The notes under the pieces were generated by a model, which saw only the letters and a program-made list of their open reading frames with translations, had not been told where the DNA came from and did no database searches. A stretch of DNA of 64,000 nucleotides from an uncultured delta proteobacterium. Lineage in GTDB: Bacteria > Myxococcota_A > Polyangia > Polyangiales > B10-G4. The stretch spans positions 704,001 through 768,000 of the forward strand of contig CAVSGI010000009.1 in the NCBI GenBank assembly GCA_963727445.1, read 5' to 3'. A program made the translations under genes and the position numbers. Positions 42,387 through 52,562 of this stretch are shown in pieces; position 1 is the first letter of the stretch, and each line of letters opens with the position of its first letter.

Positions 42387-43518
42387 TCACTTCTTCTTTT
42401 TCTTCGTCGTTCGCTTCGCCGGCGTCTTCTTGGTGCTTCGTTTGCGGCGCGGGGGCTCGAGGCCGACCTTGAGGCGGCGCATCACGGCGAGCTTCTGCCG
42501 CTCCTTGTAGCTGGCGTGACTCGCCTCCCCCATCTCGTTGAACTGCTCGGTCTCGCGATCGATCACCTGGAACTCGGTCTGGACGAAGATCACGTTCCCC
42601 AGCGCCCACGCGGCAGGTGGGGCGGCTTCGATCATCTCGTCCGGCAGGCGCACCGGCATGTCGACGACGAAGTGGACCACCCGGTAGTCCTTCGCGGTGA
42701 AGCGGTTGTCGACCCAGATCTCGTCGTCTTCGAGAATCGGGTGAGAGCTGCAGGTTGTCGACCATCGGTGCGAGGTTCTCGTGTCGCTCGCAGTAGCCGC
42801 GAAAGTGGAAGAGCGTGTTCGTGGACTCTCCGGGGATCACGTAGTTGAAAGGGAAGACCTCGCGCATCAGATAGTTGAGCACCGGGAAGATGTCGTCGGG
42901 CTCACGGGTCACGATCCGGAAGCGCAGCTTGTCGTAGATGGCAGCGGCGACCGTCTCCTGCTTCGACAGGAGCTTCGTGTAGAGCGAATCCTTGTTCTTG
43001 CGGCCGCCGATGAATTCCAGGATGGGAAGGCCCTTTGCCAGCATCGCGCCGATCACCCGGTAGACCTTCTGCTCGACCAGGTGAAAGACCTCCTGGTCGG
43101 ACACCGGGAGCATGAAGAGGAGCTCGCGGGCCTCGAGGTGATGGATGATGTGCATCACCTTCAAGATGGTGCAGGCGCAGAGCTGCCGGTGGCCCCGGCT
43201 GGAGGCGAGCATGAGCAGCGACTCGATGTCGGCGTTCGCCACCGGCTTCGGGATGGGGAAGTCGAAGTTGCGCTTGAGGTAGCTGATCGCGGAGTTCTTC
43301 ACCGCCTCGGCGCGCGCGACGTCCGCCGGGTTCGACGGGGCGTGCTCCTGGGCGCCCAGAAACGCCTGCGCCGCGCTCCGGTCCTCGAAGTTCAGGCGAT
43401 GCCAGTCGATGACCGAGCCGCCGCGCAACAGAAGACGGATCGCCTCGAGGTCGGCCAGCGAGAGCTGATCGAGCGACTTGTAGCCGGGAGGCGGAGGCGT
43501 CAGCGAAGAGGTCGCCAT
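42387..43518 (-). CDS. TIGR04552-like myxobacterial protein (RelA/SpoT-type nucleotidyltransferase-like); +1 indel at about 42735
   Basis: LLRGGSVIDW, LKVMHIIHHLE, KDSLYTKLL, IYDKLRFRIVT; corrected frame continues DLEDDEIWVDNRF..YRVVHFVVD..TEFQV. Confidence 0.78.
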
Positions 43519-43539
43519 CGGAGACGCGCACTATAGCGC

Positions 43540-43633
43540 CATCACCACCCTCGTGGGTGGTCGGTTGCGGCGCAGGCCCCACTGGGCGTTTGGCGGAGCG
43601 GAGGGCGGCTGAACGTACGTGCTGGGTGTTTCG
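43540..43633. repeat. Intergenic element copy 2
   Basis: Hairpin ACCACCC-tcgt-GGGTGGT, CAGGCCCC, GCGGAGGGCGGCTGAACGTAC (43598-43618), GGGTGTT. Confidence 0.65.
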
Positions 43634-43648
43634 TCCCGAGATCGCCGG

Positions 43649-46186
43649 TTAGAGGCGCTTCGAGATGCGGACCGTCTCGCCGGGGCCGACCTCGACGCGG
43701 AACTCGTGCATCTGCTCGTCGGGCGTTCGCAGACCGACGCGGCGCGTCCCGGCGCGTACGCGCAGTGAGCGAACCGGGGTGTTGCGCTGGGTGTCGTTGC
43801 CGTCGATGAAGACGCGCGCCCAGGGCAGGCTGTTGATCACCAGGGTGCCGAAGGCGCTGTCGCCGTCGTCCATGGGGGACGCCATCTGGGTCTGCATGTT
43901 CACCCGCGCCGCTACCATGCGAGGCGTGGTGGACTCCTCGGTCGCGGCCGCCATGTGTGGTCGCTCTTCCCGAGGCTCTTCGCGCGTCATCGCGGCTTCG
44001 CGCGGCGCTTCTTCCTCGGCGGAGGCAGACTCCTCTTCCTCGGCAGGATCTTCTTCCTCTTCGGCCTCGTTGGCCGTCGCGCCCTCTTCGCCTTCGGCCT
44101 CTTCGCCTTCGGCGTTCGTCGTCTCTGCCTGAGCGACGGCGCCGACATCGCTCGTCGCCGCCGGCGATCGCACCAGCGCGACCTCGAGCATGGCGGTCGC
44201 CCCGCCCTCGACGTGCACGCGCCTCTCTGTCGACTCGAAGCCCGACGCCTCGAACTCGATGATGTGGTCGCCCGTAGCCACGTTGTCGACGCGAAGCGGC
44301 GCGCTACCGCGCGGCTCGCCGTCGATGGTGATGGTCGCCGCGACGGGGGGGACGGTGCGGATCTCGATGGTGCCGCTCGAGCCGCCGCCGAGGAGCACGT
44401 ACGCCGCGCCGACGCCGACACCCAGCATCACCACCGACGCCACCAGGAAGAGCAGGACCATCTTGCCGGTGCTGGGCTTCTGCTGCTGCGCCGCCATGAG
44501 GGCGGGTACCTGACTGGCCTGGACCTCGATGGTCTCCTTCGAGCGCTGCGGGCTGGCGAGCGACGGATCGATCTGAATTCCCGACGGCGTGCCCGGCTGA
44601 TAGCCGCCCGGCGGCGCGGTGAACGCGGGCTGCTGCTGCTGTTGTTGTTGCTGCTGCTGAGAGAACGCCGGCGCGGGCTCCGACTGACCGGGCTTGAAGG
44701 TCGGGATGGGCTTCTGTCCCTGCTGCGCGCTCGGCTGGGCGAAGGGCGGGTGCTGCTGCGCTTGCTGATGCGCCGGGTACTGCGGCTGCTGCGCGTAGCC
44801 CGGCGCGGGGCCCGGCATGCTCCCGAGGGGCGCCGAGCGCGCGGCTTCTTCCGCCTCTTCCGCGCTGAAGAAGATCTGTGTGGGCTGCGCATTCAGCTCG
44901 TCGTCGGTGATCTGCGCATACTCCTCGACGTCCATCGCCTCTTCGTCGAAGGGCGAAGCGCTCATCACCGTCGCTTCGCCTTCGATCCCATCCTCGTCGA
45001 TGAGGTCGAAGTCCGAGGCGGAGAGCTCGTCGGGCGGGACGGCCAGACCAGGCGCGGCCGGCGCTCGCTGGGGCTGAGGCGCGGGCGCCTCGTGCCTGCC
45101 GCCGTGGCCGGGGAGGGTGTTGCCCGCGGCGTCGGCCGCGCGCGGCCGACGCGGACCGCCGAGCACCGACGGCCGGCCGATCGACGCGAAGCCGTCGAGG
45201 CGCGCTTTCTCTCGCGCCATCTCGGTCGCGAAAGCGGTCTTCATCCAGGCGCCGAGCTTGCTCGTCCCGAAGGGCGGGCGCTGCGTCGCCAGGAACTTCA
45301 TCAAGAGCTCTTGCAGCTCGGCGCCGCTCTGCGGGCGGTCCGCCGGCTCGCGCTGCAATGCCTGCATCACGATCTGGGCGAGCTGGGGCGGGATGTCCCG
45401 CACCACGGATTGGATGGGCCGGACGTCTGCGTTGCGCACCTTCTCGAGGGTCGAGAAGTCGCTCTCGCCCATGAAGAGGCGATCGCTGGTCAGCATCTCG
45501 TACATGCAGGTGCCGACGGCGAAGATGTCCGAGCGCGGATCGATGGGCAGACCACGCACCTGCTCCGGGCTCATGTAGCCGAACTTGCCCTTGAGGACGC
45601 CGGCCTGCGTCTTGGTGGTGCGCGACGCGGCCTTGGCGATGCCGAAGTCGATGACCTTGACCTCGCCCTCGTAGCTGACGAGCACGTTCTGTGGTGAGAC
45701 GTCGCGGTGGATGATGTTCAGCGGCTGGCCGCGGCGGTCGCGCTTGTGGTGTGCGTAGTCGAGCGCCTCGCACATCTTCGAGGCGACCCACGCGACCATC
45801 GCCGGCGGCATCTTCTTTCGAAGGCGCCGGAAGCGATTCATGATCTGGAGCAGGTCCTTGCCCCAGACGTACTCCATCGCGATGTAGTGGGACTCCCCGA
45901 TCTTCCCGAGCTCGAAGATCGGGGCGATGTTCGCGTGGTTCAGCTGGCCGCTGATCTTCGCTTCGTCGACGAACATCTCGATGAAGTCGTCGTCCTCCGC
46001 CATCGTCGGCAGGATTCGTTTGATCGCGAGGAGCTTCTCGAAGCCTTCGATGCCAAAGGACTTCGCCATGTACACCTCGGCCATGCCGCCGATCGCGATT
46101 CGCTCCAGCAACAGGTACTTCCCGAAGGGGATGACCCTCGGACGCTTTCCCTGTTGTCTACTGCCCCCACTGGGGCTGGGCATACC
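43649..46186 (-). CDS. Membrane Ser/Thr kinase with PEGA-like domains
   Basis: GGMAEVY, LAIKR, HRDVSPQN, DFG, KGKFGYMSPE; Pro/Gln linker with poly-Q; TM; two PEGA-like beta modules. Confidence 0.92.
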   Translation of the reverse strand, partial: GMPSPSGGSRQQGKRPRVIPFGKYLLLERIAIGGMAEVYMAKSFGIEGFEKLLAIKRILPTMAEDDDFIEMFVDEAKISGQLNHANIAPIFELGKIGESHYIAMEYVWGKDLLQIMNRFRRLRKKMPPAMVAWVASKMCEALDYAHHKRDRRGQPLNIIHRDVSPQNVLVSYEGEVKVIDFGIAKAASRTTKTQAGVLKGKFGYMSPEQVRGLPIDPRSDIFAVGTCMYEMLTSDRLFMGESDFSTLEKVRNADVRPIQSVVRDIPPQLAQIVMQALQREPADRPQSGAELQELLMKFLATQRPPFGTSKLGAWMKTAFATEMAREKARLDGFASIGRPSVLGGPRRPRAADAAGNTLPGHGGRHEAPAPQPQRAPAAPGLAVPPDELSASDFDLIDEDGIEGEATVMSASPFDEEAMDVEEYAQITDDELNAQPTQIFFSAEEAEEAARSAPLGSMPGPAPGYAQQPQYPAHQQAQQHPPFAQPSAQQGQKPIPTFKPGQSEPAPAFSQQQQQQQQQQPAFTAPPGGYQPGTPSGIQIDPSLASPQRSKETIEVQASQVPALMAAQQQKPSTGKMVLLFLVASVVMLGVGVGAAYVLLGGGSSGTIEIRTVPPVAATITIDGEPRGSAPLRVDNVATGDHIIEFEASGFESTERRVHVEGGATAMLEVALVRSPAATSDVGAVAQAETTNAEGEEAEGEEGATANEAEEEEDPAEEEESASAEEEAPREAAMTREEPREERPHMAAATEESTTPRMVAARVNMQTQMASPMDDGDSAFGTLVINSLPWARVFIDGNDTQRNTPVRSLRVRAGTRRVGLRTPDEQMHEFRVEVGPGETVRISKRL

Positions 46187-46405
46187 CACACGAACCTCCG
46201 ATCGCGAGAATCCCAACCTGTGATGCCAGGATCAACCATGTCCTTGGCATTCATCGGATTTTGGTGGGACAGGCGCGCCGAGCGGCCGACATGGAGGCAC
46301 ATCGTTTCGGGGGCACCAGGTTAGGGGCCACAGACCCCACTTTCCGGGCCTGGGGAGCGCGTACCCCTTCGGAACGCGGGCTTGTGAAAAGAAGACGCCT
46401 CGCCC

Positions 46406-47764
46406 ATGGTCCTGGCCGGCATGCGTGACGACGGCCGAGGGGAACAGGATGCTGCTTCCGACATTCCCGTTCGCGTTCACGATGACAAGGACGCGCGCCT
46501 GCGCGCGGTGATGAACCTCGGGGAGCTCGCCACGCAGCGCCGTCCGCTGCCCCGGATCCTCGGGGCGATGTGTCGCGAGGCCAGCACCCTGCTCCAGAGC
46601 GACGTCGTGAGCGTCTACCTGCGCGAGGGCGACCCGGACAGCGGCGTGCCCGAAGAGCTGGTGATGCGGGGCAACGTCGGCCTGGTCGGTACGGTCGTCG
46701 ATCAGGTGCGGCTGCCCATGGGTCGCGGCATCGCAGGGCTGGCGGCCGAGTCCGGTCGCGTGGTCTCGCTGGGGTCGGCTTCGCAGTCGAAGCACTGGAC
46801 GCCCATCCCGGGCATCGGCGAAGAGCGCTTTGGGGCCTATTGCGCGATCCCGCTGCGCGCCGCCGGGCGCATCATCGGTGTCCTGGTCCTGCAGCGCCGA
46901 CCTGCGTTCCGCGACGAGGAGATCCTGTTGGCCACCGCGGCCTCGAGCGCGTTCATCGCGGCGATCGAGCGCGCGACCGGGCGCTATCGCCAGCTCCGGC
47001 GACCGCCGCCCCGCAACCGATCGGTTCGCCTCAACGGGATGCCCGTGGTCTGGGGGACGGCCCTCGGTGTGGCACAGGCCCTGCCGAGCTTCGACGCGAT
47101 CATCGGCGCCCCCGAAGAGCCGATGAGCCCGCAGGGCCTCGGCGAAGGGTGGTCCGATCTCTTGAAGGAGCTCGCCCGCGGTCGTCGCAAGCGCGCGCCA
47201 CAGACCTCGGACCCCGAGCTCGACAGCATCCTCGCCGACGGACGCCTCGCCCACTCTCTGGTCTCGGCGTGCGCGAGCATGGGCGTCGCCAAAGGGGCGC
47301 GCCACGTGGCGGGCCAATACGCGCTCACGCCGGAGCGCCTGCGCCGCGCGGACGAAGAGACCGCGAACTACCTCTCGCGCCGCGCCCGCGAGGTCTCGGA
47401 CCTCTGTCTCCTCTTCGCGGCGACGCTCACGCCCCGTGCGAAGATCCTCTCCGCGCGCGGCAGCGTCCTGCTCGTGCCGGAGATGCCGAGCCGCGTCGTC
47501 ACTCTGATGGCGCTCTGCCGTGGTGTGGGCGCGGTGCTGATCGGCGGCCCGGTGGAGCGAAACGATCCGGCCATCGGTCTGCTCGCCGCCGCCGACGTGC
47601 CCGTGGTGGCCGAGCTCGTTCAGCTCTTTTCGTGGATCGAGGCGGGCGACAAGGTGTTGGTCGACGGAACGACCGGCCGCGTACGCGTCCATCCCACGCC
47701 CCTCGAGGTGATCCGCGCCCGCCGCGGCCGCGGCCGCACCAACCCGGGCACGCGCGTGCCCTGA
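46406..47764 (+). CDS. GAF domain protein with degenerate PTS enzyme I (PtsP-like) N-terminal half
   Basis: SDVVSVYL, VRLPMGRGIAGLAA, IGEERF, IIGVLVLQ (PtsP-type GAF); DVPVV..IEAGDKVLVDGTTGRVRVHP swivel-domain end; no PEP-binding domain. Confidence 0.72.
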   Translation: MVLAGMRDDGRGEQDAASDIPVRVHDDKDARLRAVMNLGELATQRRPLPRILGAMCREASTLLQSDVVSVYLREGDPDSGVPEELVMRGNVGLVGTVVDQVRLPMGRGIAGLAAESGRVVSLGSASQSKHWTPIPGIGEERFGAYCAIPLRAAGRIIGVLVLQRRPAFRDEEILLATAASSAFIAAIERATGRYRQLRRPPPRNRSVRLNGMPVVWGTALGVAQALPSFDAIIGAPEEPMSPQGLGEGWSDLLKELARGRRKRAPQTSDPELDSILADGRLAHSLVSACASMGVAKGARHVAGQYALTPERLRRADEETANYLSRRAREVSDLCLLFAATLTPRAKILSARGSVLLVPEMPSRVVTLMALCRGVGAVLIGGPVERNDPAIGLLAAADVPVVAELVQLFSWIEAGDKVLVDGTTGRVRVHPTPLEVIRARRGRGRTNPGTRVP

Positions 47765-47765
47765 G

Positions 47766-48761
47766 TCACGGGTAGGGAAGGCGAAAGCGATCGATCTCGT
47801 GGACGCCGAGCTGGCCGCTCGCGAAGCCGCGCACGATCACGTCCACACCCGTCGGCCCCGGCTCGAGGCGCAGGTAGTGGAAGGGGCGCGGGGAGGGGCC
47901 GTCGAAGAGGTCCGTGTGTCGGGCTTCGTCGCCTTCGAGCAGGGTGACGCGCGGGCCACCGCCGCCGCCGCTGACGAGGAAGGTCTTGTCGTCCTTCTCG
48001 AAGTGCTCGTAGGCGTGGGCATGACCGCTCAGGAAGGCCAGGGTCTTGTCGGATGCGAGGAAGGGCCCGACGAAGGCTTCTTCGACGTGTGTCTCGTCCG
48101 AGGTGACCGTGCTGTTGGTGAAAGGCGGATGGTGGGTGATGACGAAGACGCCGCGCACTGACGGGTCGCGGTCGAGGGCGTCGAGCTGCTCCTCGAGAAA
48201 GCGCACCTGCACTTGCCAGCGATCGCCCAGCACGTCCTGATTCGATTCGAGCTGCACGAAAGCGAGGTCGCCGACCCGGGTGACGCCCCAGGGCGCCTCT
48301 TTCAGGCGCGCGAAGCGGGCGCGCAGCTGCTTTTCGCAGATGGAGTCGCGTCCCTGCCAGTCGTGGTTGCCGGGAGCGAGGAGGAAGCCGGCGTGGGTCT
48401 CGCGAAGGGGTGCGAGGAGGCGGTCCGCGCGCGCCCAATCGCGGCAGCTCTCCCCGTCGAAGACGAGATCGCCGAGGAGGATCACGAAGCGGGGATCTTC
48501 GTCGGCCATCGCGCGGAGCAGCTTGTCGGGCGCGTCGCCGCTGTCCTCGCGACCGAGAAAGACGCGCTCGACGAAGCTCGTCGGCTGGATGTCGCCCACC
48601 ACCAGGATGGGCCCGCTGTCGCTCGGCGCTTCGGAATAGGCAGGGGCGTCGCTGAGCTCGGTGCAGACGTTGCCCCAGGCGATCCAGGTCCCCGCACCCA
48701 CCACCCCCAGGGCGAGGGCCAGGACGAGGGCGCGCCGCACGCGTGTCCTGCGCGAGGTCAC
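47766..48761 (-). CDS. Calcineurin-like metallophosphoesterase
   Basis: GTG 48761; VGDIQ, LGDLV, GNHD, HHP, SGHAHAY; N-terminal TM/signal. Confidence 0.88.
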   Translation of the reverse strand: MTSRRTRVRRALVLALALGVVGAGTWIAWGNVCTELSDAPAYSEAPSDSGPILVVGDIQPTSFVERVFLGREDSGDAPDKLLRAMADEDPRFVILLGDLVFDGESCRDWARADRLLAPLRETHAGFLLAPGNHDWQGRDSICEKQLRARFARLKEAPWGVTRVGDLAFVQLESNQDVLGDRWQVQVRFLEEQLDALDRDPSVRGVFVITHHPPFTNSTVTSDETHVEEAFVGPFLASDKTLAFLSGHAHAYEHFEKDDKTFLVSGGGGGPRVTLLEGDEARHTDLFDGPSPRPFHYLRLEPGPTGVDVIVRGFASGQLGVHEIDRFRLPYP

Positions 48762-49408
48762 TCGCTCTCGCCGAGCCCGAAGCCAGGCCAGTCGAGGGTT
48801 CCGACCAGCGCGAGGGTCAACACCACGATGTCGTTGCCGGTGTCCACCGTGACCCGTCCCTCGAGGCCGAGCTGCCGGCCTTCGTCGCTCCGGTAGAGGT
48901 AGCCGGTCACACCGAAGACGTAGCCGAAGTCCCAGCGCGACGTATGCGCTTCGGCCCCGCCGGTGCGCGAGTCGAGGCCGATGTTCACCACGCCGCTGCC
49001 GCCGCGCAGGCGAAAGCGCCAGAGGTCGACCAAGAGGCCGAAGGTCATGAAGACCATCTCCATGCGGTTGTCGACGCGCGCCTCGTCTCCCGAGGGCAGC
49101 CGCACGCGCTGGGTCGAGCCGCCGAGGCCCGCGTAGCCGACGTCGATGGCCGGGGTCACGAAGAAGACGGTGCGGATGCCCGCCGTGAACGCCGCCATGA
49201 CGCCGAGGGGCGCGCCCGACTCCGTCGACAAGACCTGGGGGCCGTCCTGGGCGGTCGTCCCGGCCATGCCCATCGAGACCTCGAGGACCAGCGCGTGCGG
49301 CGCGAGGCCGCCGCGGAGCGTCTCGGCCAGGCTCTCGTCGTCGGCGCGCGCGGGGCCGGCCCACGCGAGGAGCGACAGAAACGAAAGAGTGCCCGCCAGC
49401 CCCTTCAC
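48758..49408 (-). CDS. Hypothetical secreted protein, probable outer-membrane beta-barrel
   Basis: GTG 49408; signal peptide ending ARA; alternating amphipathic strands. Confidence 0.6.
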   Translation of the reverse strand: MKGLAGTLSFLSLLAWAGPARADDESLAETLRGGLAPHALVLEVSMGMAGTTAQDGPQVLSTESGAPLGVMAAFTAGIRTVFFVTPAIDVGYAGLGGSTQRVRLPSGDEARVDNRMEMVFMTFGLLVDLWRFRLRGGSGVVNIGLDSRTGGAEAHTSRWDFGYVFGVTGYLYRSDEGRQLGLEGRVTVDTGNDIVVLTLALVGTLDWPGFGLGESE

Positions 49409-50685
49409 TCGAGCGCTCCGTGGGTCATCTGGTAGCGGTGGAAGACGAGGTGCGGACGGTTGGACAGGATGCCGCTGGGATCGGAGTCGGTGAGGAGCAA
49501 GTCGACGAACTCCTGGCCGTCCACGGTCCAGAAGATGGTCTCGATGCCGGCGGCCTTCGCGCGTTCGACCTCGTCCGGCATGGGGCCGAGGGTGTAACGT
49601 GGGCCCCAGATCTCGCAGCCCGCGGCGATGGTCTCGTCGAGGCCCAGCTCCACCAGGCAGGGGGCGTCGGGGCGTTCCTGGGCGAGGAGCGCGTCGTAGA
49701 CCTCCTGGCTCGGGCAGCCGATGTGCACTTTCAGGTCGCGGCCCATCTCGGCGGCGCGTGCATGGATGCGGTCCGTGATCTCGAGGAGCACGGGCACGTG
49801 GTCGGCCTCCTTCACGTCGAGCCAGACCGCGGACAGGTGCGTCTCTTCGAGGACGACGGTGAGCGCTTCTTCGAGGGTGGGGATCGCTTCGCCGAAACGC
49901 AGGCGGCAGTTGGCGTCGAGGTGGGCGAGGGTGAGGTCCGCGATGAAGCCCACGCAGTAGCGCCCCATGGAGAGGCGCGCGCTCAGCTTGTCGTCGTGAA
50001 AGACCACGGGGACGCTGTCGGCCGTGAAGCGCACGTCCATCTCGATGAGCGTCGCCGCGAAGCGCTCCGCGAAGCGGAAGGATTCGATCGAGTTCTCCGA
50101 GGGCCCACATTCGTCCGAGGTGCGACAGGAGCCGCGGTGTCCCGCGATGATGAAGTCGCCCATCGGAACGAGGGGCGCGCGGAAGCGCGCCGACGCCGGA
50201 TCTCCGGGCGGGTCGTCGCCGCTGCCGAGGACGCCTTCGAGCCGCGCGCCGTCGTGAAGGGCAGGATCGCTCGCGGTCACGTCGCCCGCGCAGAGCGCCG
50301 TCGCGAGGGAGGCGGGCTGAACCTCCAGTCGAATGAGACCGGTCTTCGCCGATATGGCGACCCTCTGCTCGCCCTCGAGGACCACCCGAGACCCGCCGTC
50401 CAGGCAGCCTGCATCGAGCAGGGCGTAGCGCGCGTCCTGATCACCGAAGAGCGACACTGAGGTCGCGGTGGAAAAGACGCTCACGTAGGGGCCGAAGTCG
50501 CGCAGCGCGCCGTCCGTCTCGAAGATCCCGCGGAGCGCGACCAGGCTCGCCTCCGGAACCGGATCGGCCGCCCCGAGGAGCCCGCCATCGGCGAAGTGCG
50601 GATGGTGCACCGAGGCGCGGCCGTCGCAGCCGATGGCGACCGCGAGCAGGAGGAGCGTGGCCCAGCGCGCGCGCTCAGAACGCAT
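49405..50685 (-). CDS. Glycerophosphodiester phosphodiesterase family lipoprotein
   Basis: Lipobox AIGC; IIAGHRG, ENSIESF, IEMDVRFTADSVPVVFHD, IPTLEE, WTVD. Confidence 0.88.
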   Translation of the reverse strand: MRSERARWATLLLLAVAIGCDGRASVHHPHFADGGLLGAADPVPEASLVALRGIFETDGALRDFGPYVSVFSTATSVSLFGDQDARYALLDAGCLDGGSRVVLEGEQRVAISAKTGLIRLEVQPASLATALCAGDVTASDPALHDGARLEGVLGSGDDPPGDPASARFRAPLVPMGDFIIAGHRGSCRTSDECGPSENSIESFRFAERFAATLIEMDVRFTADSVPVVFHDDKLSARLSMGRYCVGFIADLTLAHLDANCRLRFGEAIPTLEEALTVVLEETHLSAVWLDVKEADHVPVLLEITDRIHARAAEMGRDLKVHIGCPSQEVYDALLAQERPDAPCLVELGLDETIAAGCEIWGPRYTLGPMPDEVERAKAAGIETIFWTVDGQEFVDLLLTDSDPSGILSNRPHLVFHRYQMTHGALE

Positions 50686-51409
50686 AGGCCACCTCGATGC
50701 GGGGGAAGAAGAGGCGGCCCGTCTCGTCGGAGAAGGCGGGCCAGAGCACGGCGTAGCCCTCGCGCGACACGAGGCCCACGCGATAGATCAACAGGTGCCC
50801 GTTCCTCAGGGAGTTCTCGACGGTGATCATGGCGTGGGCACCGACGTATTGGACCGGGTCGGTCTGGCCCACCACCACGCCGCCGATACTCGCCCAGCGG
50901 CCGAAGAGGATGTCGGCGCCCACCTCGAGGGTGAGGTGCACGCGCTCGAAGTGGACGCCCGCGCGCACGATCGGCTGGTTCGAGACGGACCAGGTCAGCG
51001 TGTCGAAGCCGAAGCCGCCGAGCCATCCGAGGAACGGCACCGCGAGGTAGCCGATCATGAAGCTGAAGCGCCCGGCGTCGAAGGAGAGCGCAGGGCCGAA
51101 GGCCAGGGTGTTGGCGACGATCTGGGTGCGCAGCTCGGCGATGAGCGACAGGCCGTGGGCGAAGCCCACCCGGCTGTCGACTGTCATGGTGGGGATGCGG
51201 CGTGGCCCGCCCTCGACGATGCGGCTCGGCGCGATGTCGATCGACAGGCCCAGCCCGAGGCGAAAGGCGCCGGCGCCGGGGCCGTCGGGGTGGGTGAGGA
51301 GAGAGGGCGCTCGGGTGGGCTCCGCGGCGTCGTCGGCGCGCACGGGCGTCGCGCTCGACAGGGTCGCGAGCACGGCACAGACGGCAGTTGCGCGGAGGGC
51401 GGCCTTCAT
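50675..51409 (-). CDS. Hypothetical outer-membrane beta-barrel protein
   Basis: Signal peptide (VRA-DD); amphipathic strands; C-terminal IEVAYAF beta-signal. Confidence 0.65.
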   Translation of the reverse strand: MKAALRATAVCAVLATLSSATPVRADDAAEPTRAPSLLTHPDGPGAGAFRLGLGLSIDIAPSRIVEGGPRRIPTMTVDSRVGFAHGLSLIAELRTQIVANTLAFGPALSFDAGRFSFMIGYLAVPFLGWLGGFGFDTLTWSVSNQPIVRAGVHFERVHLTLEVGADILFGRWASIGGVVVGQTDPVQYVGAHAMITVENSLRNGHLLIYRVGLVSREGYAVLWPAFSDETGRLFFPRIEVAYAF

Positions 51410-51431
51410 GGCGCTCGAGGACCCGCCTTAA

Positions 51432-51468
51432 CGACGAAGGGGACCGGCCAGAGCCGATCCCCTCGTCG
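51432..51468. terminator. Long hairpin downstream of the 51488 lipoprotein gene
   Basis: CGACGAAGGGGACCGGC-CAGA-GCCGATCCCCTCGTCG. Confidence 0.6.
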
Positions 51469-51487
51469 AATCAGGCGAGCATTCGGC

Positions 51488-52429
51488 TCACATGGCGGGT
51501 GCGACGTCGCCCTTCACGGCGGGGATGCCCTCGAAGGTCAAGCCCACCGAGACGGCGGTGCAATTGCCCAAGTCGTCCGGCTCGAGGTCGGCTTGGGCTT
51601 CGAGCACCGAGGTGGCCAGCGTCTCGGGGATGGCCGTCGGGTCGATGGCGACGATGGTCATCACGGTCTCGTCGACGTTGAGCGCGCCGCCGATGATGCC
51701 GGAGGTGACGTTGTCGCCCGAGAGGGTCATCCGCACCTGCGCGTTGCGGATGTTGAGGCTCAGGACGGTGTCCATGATCGGGATGTTCAGGGAGATGTCG
51801 ACCGGCCCCGCCTTCATGCGGCCGTTGACGATCTCGCCCTGGACCGACACGAGCGGCATGCCGCCCATGAGGGACGCCGGGTCGATGAGGATGGTCTGGC
51901 CGGGGTCGATGATTCCGTCGCCGTCCGCGTCGGCCGGCATGCCCATGTCGGGCATCTGGCCGAGGTAGAGGTTGAGCGTGACGCAGCCGTCGTTCATCGA
52001 GTCATCGACGTTCTGGAGCTCGAAGAGGATGAGCAGCTTGCCCATCAGGATGTTGTCGGCGATGGTCCCCGTGACGTCGAGGGAGCTACCGACGGCCGAG
52101 AGGATCGGGCCGAGCTGGTTGTCGACGCCCGGCTCGTTGTCGGGCGGGGGCGAGGTGAAGTCCTGGTGGAGGCAGCCGGCGGGGTCCATCGCGTCGCTGA
52201 CCTTGTCGTCGAGGTTGAATCCCGGGACGATGTTCGGATCGCCCGTCGGGTCGGCCTGACCGACGTCGAGGACGCTCGCGACGTAGAACATCGTGTCCCC
52301 GGTCATGCACATGTCGCTGCTACCGGTGTCTCCGCCGCCGCCGTCACCCGTGGTGCCGCCGTCGTCGCCGCACGCGCCGAGCAAGGTGCCGGCCACGAGC
52401 AGCATGAAAGCTACTTTCAATCCATTCAT
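51488..52429 (-). CDS. Acidic hypothetical lipoprotein
   Basis: ATG 52429 with GGAGG RBS; lipobox LGAC-GDDG; GFNLD, GVDNQLG, DADGDG motifs. Confidence 0.8.
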   Translation of the reverse strand: MNGLKVAFMLLVAGTLLGACGDDGGTTGDGGGGDTGSSDMCMTGDTMFYVASVLDVGQADPTGDPNIVPGFNLDDKVSDAMDPAGCLHQDFTSPPPDNEPGVDNQLGPILSAVGSSLDVTGTIADNILMGKLLILFELQNVDDSMNDGCVTLNLYLGQMPDMGMPADADGDGIIDPGQTILIDPASLMGGMPLVSVQGEIVNGRMKAGPVDISLNIPIMDTVLSLNIRNAQVRMTLSGDNVTSGIIGGALNVDETVMTIVAIDPTAIPETLATSVLEAQADLEPDDLGNCTAVSVGLTFEGIPAVKGDVAPAM

Positions 52430-52562
52430 TACAACGAGCCTCCTGCCTCGAGCTCCGGGGGGAGCTCGGTGCGGTTTTCTATCACGACCCCCAATCAGGG
52501 CCAAGCCACCTGGCGGAATGTAGCACGTGGCCGAATTTCGGCCCGAATCACCGTCTTTTGAC

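Noticed and set aside
44630..44658. CAG/CAA poly-Gln tract
   Set aside because: Ordinary low-complexity linker within the kinase.
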